Source: Trichinella spiralis (Eukaryota). From it: a stretch of 20,000 nucleotides of DNA. Shown here in pieces: positions 1 to 9,800 of this stretch. The position numbers were made by a program, and so were the translations under genes. The notes beneath the pieces are model-generated. The model worked only from the letters and a program-made list of their open reading frames with translations, was not told where the DNA came from and ran no database searches. The stretch is taken from NCBI RefSeq assembly GCF_000181795.1, contig NW_003526941.1, positions 11,093,228 through 11,113,227 on the forward strand. Direction: 5' to 3'. The number at the start of each line of letters is the position of its first letter. Positions within the stretch are counted from its first letter, which is position 1.

Positions 1-88
1 TCGTCAACATTCCGTTCACAACGTTTCCCTTCGAATCCCATCGGGCAGACGCATTGGAATCCTCCAAATTTGCTAACACAACGGCCAC
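1..88 (-). CDS. delta: Delta-like Notch ligand, exon 7 (partial: rest of EGF6 and start of EGF7; continues beyond the window)
   Basis: Acceptor TTAAG at 89 after a 58-nt intron. The phase-1 join gives CLNG|GRCVSKFGGFQCVCPMGFEGKRCERNVD, completing an EGF repeat. Confidence 0.92.
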   Translation of the reverse strand, partial: MAVVLANLEDSNASARWDSKGNVVNGMLT

Positions 89-146
89 CTTAACGAAACA
101 ACATGTATAATAATATTAATAAATAACGACATCATAACTGTTTTAC

Positions 147-539
147 CATTTAAACAAGGTTCCAATTTGCATTCGTCACGTTCTATATCACAATTTGTAC
201 CTTCCCAGCCAGCGGCACACAAGCAGCTGTAGCCATTTTTTGAAGCTGGTGCTGATACACAAGTAGCTCCATTTTCGCACGGTTTCTCCTGGCAGCTTTT
301 GGCGCTAGTTTGACAGTGCCTGCCACTGAATCCGGCTGCACAGTTACAAGTGTAATTGCCAGCTGATTGTTTGCAAGTTCCACCATTACGACAAGGACTA
401 GCTAGGCACGTTTCTATGCGAAGTTCACAGTTGGTGCCGCTGAAGCCAGTTGGACATGAACATGTGTACGAGCCGGCGCCAGTGTTTTGGCACGTTGCAC
501 CATTTTGACACGGTTTATGATGAGTGCAATAATTTAAAT
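147..539 (-). CDS. delta: Delta-like Notch ligand, exon 6 (EGF3-5 and start of EGF6)
   Basis: Acceptor TTTTCAG at 540 and donor G|GTAAAA at 146. DLNYCTHHKPCQNGATC is typical of Delta/Dll1 EGF3. Three C2-X4-T-C3 O-fucosylation consensus sites (CQNGATC, CRNGGTC, CENGATC). Confidence 0.96.
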
Positions 540-607
540 CTGAAAACATACAAAAGTTGATCGTCAAAAATTATTACTGACATGTGAAATTTTTTCAACT
601 CACTCAC

Positions 608-799
608 CTTGATTACAATATACACCACCCCAACCTTCTTCGCAAATACAAGTGAATGGTTTGTTGCAAGTACCATGCTGACAGCCCGGGTAGCGTTGAC
701 ACTGATCACAATTTACACCCATGTAACCTGACTGGCATTCGCATTCTCCAGGTCTTTGACAAGAGCCATATTGGGGGTGGCAGCCTGGCTTGCAAATTG
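608..799 (-). CDS. delta: Delta-like Notch ligand, exon 5 (EGF1-2, DOS region)
   Basis: Acceptor TTTTTCCAG at 800 and donor G|GTGAGT at 607. Encodes AICKPGCHPQYGSC...CQRYPGCQHGTCNKPFTCICEEGWGGVYCNQ. Confidence 0.96.
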
Positions 800-1941
800 C
801 TGGAAAAAAGTAAAGAAAACAGTTACTGTTCAAAACAACTTTGATCACAATTTTTTTTCACCGAAATAATATATATATCACACTTTATTTTTTATACTTT
901 ACTTTTAAAGTCTCCATTTCTGAATTATCTATATTGCAGATCATCTATGTATAGGAATATCTTTCAATGTGTGAAACAATTTTTCCATTCTGCTTTACAG
1001 TGCGCTTCGAAGATTTACAAAGGAGAAACAGGTGAATGGGAAGCGGATGAGGGCAGACTACTGTGCAGTTTAACTTACAGAACCGAAAGCTGCTTATCCT
1101 AGTATAATGCTATAGCTGTTAGAGGTGAAAGGAATTCTGCCTAAATAGAAACGTTTGACCCATATATAATTAAGCTTCAGCGGCTAAACCTTTAATATAA
1201 GTAACGGATATTAATCTGACCACAGTTTCTGTTAAACGGTGAAATAGACGGTTATTTAAATTTGAAAAATTCAATTTCATTCCAAACACTCACTCACTCA
1301 CTTATTGAATCATTGATTGAAAATTGTAAATTCTTTAAAAATGAAAAAAAAGCTGTTGCACACAACGTTGTTGCTTTCTCGTTTCGCGTAACCTATTACA
1401 TATGCAGTGCAATAGAAAGCGGGCTCTTTTACACACTTGAGCTGTTATTAGCACAGTGCTTGACTGACGGATGGGGCGGGGCAAGTTCCAACTCTCAACT
1501 TCATACATAGCAGTCAGCTTTTTTCCCATGACCTCCGGTAATCAGCGCCTACGGCGGCCAGCTGGCGGAGCAGATGTGAGACCCAGTTTTGACCTGTGGA
1601 ACAATGGCCCTGCTCTTATGGCTGACATTAACTTTGGCCTGGGCCGGCTGTTGCGTGCTGGACTCAGGCACAGTGTTTACTCGTTCGACTATTCTACTGA
1701 ATTACCAACAACAGAAACATGATCATCAGGCAGCACCTGCACTGGAATGCCATTACCACATTAGAAATAAGCTAATGTGGAGAGAAAGAAGGATGGGGAT
1801 ATGGATAGGAAGAGAAAAAAATAGCCCAAGAAAATCGAACGTCAGCTTCGATCAGTACAAATAAATCAACGCAACAAGTTCAACAGCATAGCTGATGGAA
1901 CATGTATGCAAATACATATATATGCAAATACTTTTTCTTAC

Positions 1942-2211
1942 CATCTTTGCATTTCGGTGCTTGCCATCCGGCAAGACAAACTTTTGTACCATTCTTGGCG
2001 CATGTATAATGACCACCGCTGTCGTCTTTATCCTTGCAGAACACGTTGCAATGCGGTCCATAGTAGTGGTCATCGCAGACAACTCTGAGTTGAATCCGAA
2101 GTCGACTGTGACCGTTGTTGTATTCACCAACGGTCCACTTGTCGCCTCCTGCTAGGAGGGTTTTTCTTTCTGCAACACGTAGCAACAGTTGGCCAGATGA
2201 AATCAACTTTG
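1942..2211 (-). CDS. delta: Delta-like Notch ligand, exon 4 (end of MNNL plus DSL domain)
   Basis: Acceptor TTTTCAG at 2212 and donor G|GTAAGA at 1941. Encodes the DSL domain RVVCDDHYYGPHCNVFC...GHYTCAKNGTKVCLAGWQAPKC with six Cys and YYG. Confidence 0.96.
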
Positions 2212-2413
2212 CTGAAAACAACGAAGGCAACAACGTTGAAAATATTTTCACTCAAAACATGCAGTGTGTGAAAAAAAAATTTTTTTTTTCAAGTTTAAAA
2301 AAAGCTTAGAATAATAACTACAAAGGTTGATTTGTTTTTTTTTGTGTTGCTTTCAAACGTTAGCATATTCCAAGGTGGATGAAAAAGCAAAACAAAACAT
2401 AACATGCTCTTAC

Positions 2414-2489
2414 CATCAGCATTTGCAGTTCCAATTTGAAACAATTCATTTGTAACGTGCCAAGCTTCGACAATCATTGACAACGTACC
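2414..2489 (-). CDS. delta: Delta-like Notch ligand, exon 3 (MNNL, GTLSMIVEAWH...)
   Basis: Acceptor TTTTTAG at 2490 and donor G|GTAAGA at 2413 (phase 1). The join gives WP|GTLSMIVEAWH, matching the conserved WPGTFSLIIEAWH motif of Delta proteins. Confidence 0.93.
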
Positions 2490-2616
2490 CTAAAAATTGA
2501 AATTGAAATTGAAACTGAAACAACAAGCAAGAAGCAAGCAAGTACAATCCATTTATCACTGTATATTTTCCATTATACATCTACATATACATGATGGTAA
2601 GAGGGGGAGAACTTAC

Positions 2617-2949
2617 CGGCCAAGAAAATGTTATCGGAAAAGTGACAATGGAGCCAGTGACGCTCAGACTTCCAGGTTGACGAAGCAAGCTGAAAAGCGA
2701 GCCGTGTTTATCGCTTGCATCTGCTACGTGGGTTCCGTAGGTGCAAGGTGGATCAGCGTTGATCTCATTTTCATATTGCTTCAAACAGACCCGAAAGACA
2801 AGTCGACAGCCGGTTGATGAGCAAGTTCGATTTGAGCTTTTCCCACTTGTAGCAGCTCCGCAACATCGACCATGCACATCCAGGCTGTCGTAATTTTGAA
2901 ACGAACTAATACGAAACTGTAGAACACCAGAACAATTCACAAGTCGAAT
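2617..2949 (-). CDS. delta: Delta-like Notch ligand, exon 2 (N-terminal part of MNNL/C2 domain)
   Basis: Acceptor CTTCAG at 2950 and donor CCG|GTAAGT at 2616. Translation SGVLQFRISSFQN...GRCC...CRLVFRVCLKQYE...PCTYG...FPITFSWP matches the DSL-ligand MNNL pattern. Confidence 0.95.
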
Positions 2950-3011
2950 CTGAAGTTATTTCTGTGATTCTGGGAACAGTGATTGTGATTTATCATCGAA
3001 TTTTTGCTTAC

Positions 3012-3065
3012 CGAAAAGTTGAAGATGAGAAAGAGAAAAAGCGACAGACGGCTCAAAGCCGCCAT
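3012..3065 (-). CDS. delta: Delta-like Notch ligand, coding exon 1 (signal peptide MAALSRLSLFLFLIFNFS)
   Basis: ATG at 3065 in an ACCATGG context; 18 codons with a hydrophobic core; donor TCG|GTAAGC at 3011 (phase 0) splices in frame to exon 2 across a 62-nt intron. Too short for the ORF track. Confidence 0.88.
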
Positions 3066-3169
3066 GGTCGGCTGAAGATGTTTGTGGACTGCAGTTGGTT
3101 GATCAGAGGTGATCAGTTGATTTTCAAATTAGGCATGCAACAGTCGTGCCCCTCAGTGTATTCCAATAT

Positions 3170-3800
3170 CTAGAAAAGAGGCAAAAAGAAAATGCTGTAT
3201 TGTGTGGGCGAGATGTGCGAGAGCGCGTCCGAAGCTATGCGAACTGCTGTTGCTGAACGAGCCGCACAATGATGAACGCGTGCTGTGCCAAAGTCGGCGC
3301 GTGACCGCGTCAACAGCCAATCAGCGTCTTCCAATTTGCCCCGCCCTATTGGTCGGAGAGCAGGTGGTGAACAGTGGATACAAAGCGTACGGAACCGCGA
3401 CGGCCGTGTGTCATACCGGTAAGACCTTGACAGAGTGGCGGTTACGTGGGCAGCCAGTTGGCTCGCACCCAATGACCACCTTGCGACCATTGTACCTGTG
3501 ATATAACGATCACTGGCCGTCTGAGCGGAAACGAAGGCATGCCGCCAGTATGTTCGACACCGGCCACTACTACTGGTCAGTGTTTGTGTGCAATTATGCC
3601 GGTCGAGCAGTGGGCCAACAGGGACCATAGGGGGACAAACGTCGTGGCACCTTGCAACTGAAGAAGCGTAATTTATTTATTTGAGGGATGATTGAGCAAA
3701 AAAGATACACCACGTACACACATACACACACACACGCGCGCGCGCACTCTATTAGCCTAACCGGAAGGGAAGCAGACAGCACCACCACCGCTTGACCGAT
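3170..3800 (-). promoter_or_regulatory. Putative Delta proximal promoter / CpG-rich island
   Basis: GC- and CpG-rich block just upstream of the ATG. CCAAT boxes (3317, 3331, 3348 reverse, 3469), GC box CCCCGCCC (3339-3346), E-box GCAGGTG (3360-3366), ETS-like CCGGAAG (3761-3767), CACGCG sites (3277, 3298, 3733), and a strong polypyrimidine+TAG acceptor at 3170-3193. Confidence 0.6.
3711..3747. repeat. 37-nt alternating pyrimidine-purine tract, (CA)n plus (CG)5
   Basis: cacgtacacacatacacacacacacgcgcgcgcgcac read directly from the sequence. Confidence 0.9.
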
Positions 3801-6800
3801 ATGTTTCTTTACAAGTCCAGGTGATCACAACATTACAATTACAGAGTTTTTTTATCAGACAATTTTCTTCTTAAACTTGCTATTATTTCGCAGTTATAAA
3901 AACTGCTTATTATGCGAAATGAAGCAGTTGAATTGTCTAACCTAAGTCTGAATGTCGAAGTGTCACCGTCGGATAGGCTCCCTTAGGGATTGTGCTTTTT
4001 TTTACACGAAAAACGATTCAACAACCTAATTCATCTCTGTTGCAAGGACCTGTTATTAGTATTATTGTCCATTTTCAATAGAGCTAATTTTCATTACATC
4101 CTGTCGTATTTCTTTTTCAATTCTAAATAAATAAATATATATATATGTATGTGTTTTTTTTCACTCAAGCAACGTGTAATGATACCTGATGAGCTAGGAT
4201 GTGCAATAGAAGAAGAATCCATTTTTGAAAATGAAATAGGTCGTGGAGGTGAGTCATCTTTTCTTTACTTCTTTTGAAGTATTATCGAAGTGACCACCAG
4301 TTCTTTCCTCTGAAACAGTTGAAAAACTTTAAAAAAGATACAACAATGTTTTTTTAGGTTTTTTTCTTGCTTAATAGCTTTTGTTTAAAATTTTTAATCC
4401 AATCAATCAATCATATTGATCATGAATAGAATAGAGCGGTGCTGGAAAAAGTTACATTTAGGAAATTTTTGCTACATTTATTCTTTGAATTTATTATTAA
4501 TTGGAGAGAAAAAAAATGTTTTTCTATAATTGTTGATTATATTTGCACTAATTTGCTTGAAATTTGCTTGCAATTCAAACTGCGCTTTTTTCAGTTTCAT
4601 TTCAATCTCTCGAACATATTCATATTAGAACATATTAGCTATTTGAAAAGGGACGAATTTTCCATTTTTGAGCAAAAAGTTTTTGGACAAATTGATGATT
4701 TTTGAATGCGCTTTTCAGTCAAATTTCACAGTTTGATACAGCCCAACTGGAATATTCAAAGAAAAAAAAGGTATACAACACAACGATGACCTTAGGTATT
4801 GAAAATTTCAGTACAAAACAATTATTGCATTTTAATGATAGCTCACAGAATCTGACAGAGTAAGATAGAAGGACAATATTTCATTGGCAATTGGTATCAT
4901 AGGACCGGTGACGTCTCGTAAGCGTCATAGACAGCCTGGCGTCATTTTCAATAAAGATTGGAAAATTTTTTTACAGTTCAACGATGCATAGCCCCGCCTG
5001 TTCTGTAAGAAATATTGACTTCCCAGTGGGGGGGGGAGAGCACCTGCATCTCGCCTGTATCTTGCAGTGTTAACAGATCGATCATCACCGTTGGTGACGT
5101 TCCCGAATCGCAAGACAGCTGCTAGCCGGCGGCAAAAATTGGACATAGCGCGCTCAAATAAATGCTCATTTTCAAGCGAACTTTGACAATTCCAATTCAA
5201 GGCAACATCCTCCAATTGCGCCAGTTCAAATTTTACATTTTTTGGTTACATTATTTTTCCCTGTTTCTCATCTATCTCCAAGGCTGATTAATCTGCTTGT
5301 AATGTTTGCTCATCATCCTGCAAGCGGATATGTACAAATAAGCCGCACTGGATTTAGATACCTCAGGATCAGTTGCAAGGTTAATATTATTAATTGGAAA
5401 TGAAAACGTTTTACAATAAATAATCTTGACAACGTGATCGTTTGGCAGATGTACAATGTCTGGGCCAAACCAGATCTATCTATACTAAATCGATTTTTGC
5501 AAATGTAAAGCCGCCCAGTAATAATAATAATATAACAGTAGAAATAGTACTGGTGAAGAATATCGGGGAATCTGGGACAATTTATTTGCATGAACATAGG
5601 AAGCAGAAAAAATGAACTAACTTAATAATTATTCTGAACTAGGTGAATTCGAATACAATGATTTTTTATGGCTGTTTGTTCCTCAAAAATTCACATCGAA
5701 AAATAGTTGATATTATGCGCTAAACTATTCTGTAGTTGCTTACAATTGTGATATTGTGATACTTATTTCTAAAGATTTTAATTTTGCTTATTTATGCTAA
5801 TTTTAAAATAATCAAATCAATTGGAAATTTTCTCCTAACCATAATACTTAATCTATAAACTCAATTCGATTGTGCAGATCAATTTGAATAAAAATAATAA
5901 TGAAAAAGAGATCCGATTGATGATGTTGTATAAAGTATATATTATTGCTATTGGTCTAGCAAAATAGGCTGAATTTCATCGAGAGCATTCATTCATTCAA
6001 TCCATTTTGACCATCTGTATGTATTCTAATCAAACAGTATCACTGGTTGCTTGCTTGCTTGAAGTATCCGTTGCAGCTATAGCAGTTGATTCGGGATTTT
6101 AAAGCAAATTTTCAAAATAGTCAACAGACGACACAGACAATTGATGTAAACAAAAATCGAACTGCTGAGTCTTGATAAATTTTTAGTTATAATCGAGAAA
6201 AAATGTTAACGAAAGCGAAATTGAAATGGAACGAACAGAAATTATAATAATAGATGAATGAAATTTTCCAATTGTTGCGAACTATTTATTGTTAAGTAAA
6301 AGCGGCCGGGATGTGAATGAAAATGAATGAAAAAGGAAGCAGAAATGCATCAGAGTTTGGGATATTGTGTTCAGCAACGAACGACCGTTGCAGACGGCAA
6401 AGCCTAGCCTAGACTATTGTTGGGATTGATACAGGCAAGCATATAATAAATAATAATTGAAGACTACAGTGGATGTGGCCATGTGCACCTGCGCCCGGCG
6501 ACGACAAAACCTTCCAACTCGCATCAAGTGCAAGCTAGCCTGGTGGCTGTGGGCATTTTATTTGACAACTGAGAAAATGTTTCAACCAACCTGCTGCTTA
6601 TTGGTGGCGGCTGACCTATGCACCACTTTTACTGACTACAATTTATTGTCCTCTCCGACACGACACCAGTAGCAGCAGCTTTGTGCCTTTTACTTATTTG
6701 AGCCGTGTCAAGTATCAGTGTAAATGATGCTTTTAGCGCAGGTGGTTTCCACTGCTCAAAGTGGCTCTTGTTCTTCTCGGTCAGCTTATATATTTTTACA

Positions 6801-9800
6801 CCAAAAAGAAAAAAATATGCACATATATATCTATCTATATATATAATATGTGTGTGTGTAAAATAATAAAACAATCTGTTGACTGGAACATACGCTAACG
6901 TGAAGCTAATCCTCGTGGACAGTGTGGGTTTACTTCTGCGCAGGTCGAGTTCAACAGGGCCAATTTCGACCCGGCTCAATACACATCCATATGCTGACCA
7001 ATGCATTATGCATACGGTGAAATGGTAAAGTGGCTGTCCTGTGCAGGACCAATTCTACTCGATTAACTAGCTTGACAGCTGGCGATCAAAAAAAAGTTCA
7101 TAAAACGCTGCTAATTGTATACCACCGTCCATAAGCTAACAACCAATCTGCTGTGGAAATATGGAAATCACCGTTCATCGTGGAACTGGAGCAAAAAGTG
7201 TTCATTTCGCTTTGTCAAAGAAAAAGCACAGGTGCTGCGATTGTTTGTTACAACACTACGCAGATAAGCATTTTGCAGAGTTGACGGAAAAATGAATGAA
7301 AAAAAACCTACTTTGATCACTTTGAAATTTATTGTTATTGTTATAATTTTTTCCAACCTTGCAATATTTTTCATATAATATTGATAAAAATGTGCAGATT
7401 TTTCATTGAAAAGAAAACAATAATAGTTTTTTTTAAGTAAAAATAAAAACACTTTTTCAAATGGTTCAGGCAAAGAGAGAGAGAGAGGGGGGGAGGGGTA
7501 GAGGATTTTCACTTGTAAGCAAGCGCAGCAGAAAGGACATTCATTGCACGGTAATATAGACTTGAAGAAATGAATGTAAATTTATTTTACAAATGTAATA
7601 ATCAGTGATTTGATATCATTCAAATTTGCTTGGAAAAGACATTAATGTGCATGCAAATGAATAATATTTTTTTGCATGTAAATTTGTACAGATTACGGAT
7701 ATCATTTCAAAGTTATATACATCTTTTCTTACTGTCGTTAACCTTAATCTAAATTTGCTTATTAAATGAAGAACAATAAAGATCAATTTGGAAAATTCTT
7801 CAAATAATTCTCAAAGCTTCATTGAATTTTAAATTGTTTGCAAAAAACAAAAATTTTCCAAAATGCACACAATATTTAATTGAATTATCATCACATTCCT
7901 TTTATACAGCTATTTAATTGTTGAATATTTTCGTTTTTCAAAAACAAAAAATAATAATAATAGTCATATGAAAGTTGTATATTTTAGAAGAAAAATCATC
8001 CGGTGGTCATCTGTGAATCAATTTATCATTTCAACAAGAAAGCAGAAGTTGACAAGTGCAAAAAAGTAATTGATGAGCTTCAAAGAATTTTTCGTGCTTA
8101 TTTTATACTTGTTGTTCCATTGCTCAATTTGTTTCAGTATTTATTGTCAATATGCATGCAATATAGGCATTGAAAAATATCACAATGATCGGAAAAATTG
8201 AACAAATGGAAAATGGAGAAGAGAAAATTCGCTGATTGATGAGGAATAAATATTTTTCAACTTTGCGAATATTGCTGCTGATTGCCGAAATCACCCACCA
8301 TTGACAATGTGCCCAAGAAGCGTTCTAGAGGGGCAGTATGGAAAAGCAACCAGCAGAAAGAATCCTGCGGCTTTGAATTTGGCATACGGGCGGGCTGTCA
8401 TCGAACGTTCAAAAATGCCGCTCAAATTTTTGAAATGTGCCATTTTTCAATTTCTCTCTTTCCTCTCCTGATAGCGGTGCTATTCACCACAACCGGCAAA
8501 ACATTGATTCACAACTCATGACAGCAGATTTTCAATATCCAGAAATAGGCAGCTTTGATTTAAATCAATTTAATTTAAAACTACGTGATTCATAAATTTA
8601 ACGGATGTAATTTTTCAAAGAAAAATGCAATTCGAACTCATATTTCTATTATCATTTCAAATCAGATCACCAAAATCAATATTTTTCTAGTTCAAGTATA
8701 GCTGAATGCAAATTAGTTGATTGATAAGATGATAATTTTGTTTACCGATTGCAAATTTCATACATTGAACCAATATATTTTATTGTTAGGTATCAATTAT
8801 TCATAGTTTGAATTTACTCATAACAACCGACTTATCGACTGATGTACTGCTGCTGATACTACTACGACTACTACTGCTGGTATTCTTTGGTTTTTCATCC
8901 GCAGAACATAATTCTCAGTGAATTTTTACAGAAGTCAACTTGAAATATTTATTCAAATCATGCATGTAAGTAAAAATTTACATATTTTTTCAATATTTGT
9001 TATACGTATCAAAGGTAGATTGAAATGTATTTTTTTACGGTGAGAAAAAAGTTATTGCTAAAAAAAATAAATACCTAACGCGGGAATTAATCAAAAAGTT
9101 TAGTGCGTGTGTGTGATATTCTCACGGTTGTTTTACACATCGAAAGCAACAATAATAATACTTTTTTCAATGTCATTCAATTTTGTATCATTTATGCTAT
9201 CCAAGCTGACGGTGTAAACACGTTGAACAAACAGTTTCAAATTTCACGCGGACAAATTTTTTATTTTCGACAAATTCTTCACCTTTATTCAGTTTCACTT
9301 CTATTCAACTTGTAATTCAAATTTTCAACACTGTGCATCGCATGCTAACTTGAATGAATCATCGAAATTTTATGAAAATTAAAAAATTTTTTTACATGGG
9401 CAATATTTTCTGTTTTGTTCATTTGTTTTTGCACTATTTGAGAGATAGTAGGGTTGATTTTATGAAAATCATTCACGTACTCTTCCACCACCAATTAATT
9501 CTTGAACAATCTTCTTCTGAGCATCAACTTATCCAATTCGATTTATTACTTTTACAATTATATATTTACTTGATTGCAATAAGGTGAAATAAATGTTAAT
9601 GAAAACAAGGTAAGCAATGCAAATTTTTAACCAGAGGATAAAATGCAAATTTTTTGAATTAAATTTAAGCATTTATCATTGTTAATGTTAACGTTACATG
9701 TTTATGGGATTCTGTTTCGAATAAAAATGTAAAAATTATGCAAAAGGTAAAACGATATTTTCAAGCAGCAAAAAGAAACAAAAATATATGAAAATCAGCG

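Noticed and set aside
183..2817. Alternative-frame and antisense ORFs overlapping Delta exons (e.g. 183-386, 656-844, 1852-2130, 1895-2155, 2497-2817)
   Set aside because: Shadows of the real coding exons with no independent motifs.
3170..3628. 152-aa minus-strand ORF and overlapping 99-aa plus-strand ORF upstream of Delta
   Set aside because: Arg/Ala/Ser-rich with no domain; best explained by stop-codon scarcity in the GC-rich promoter.
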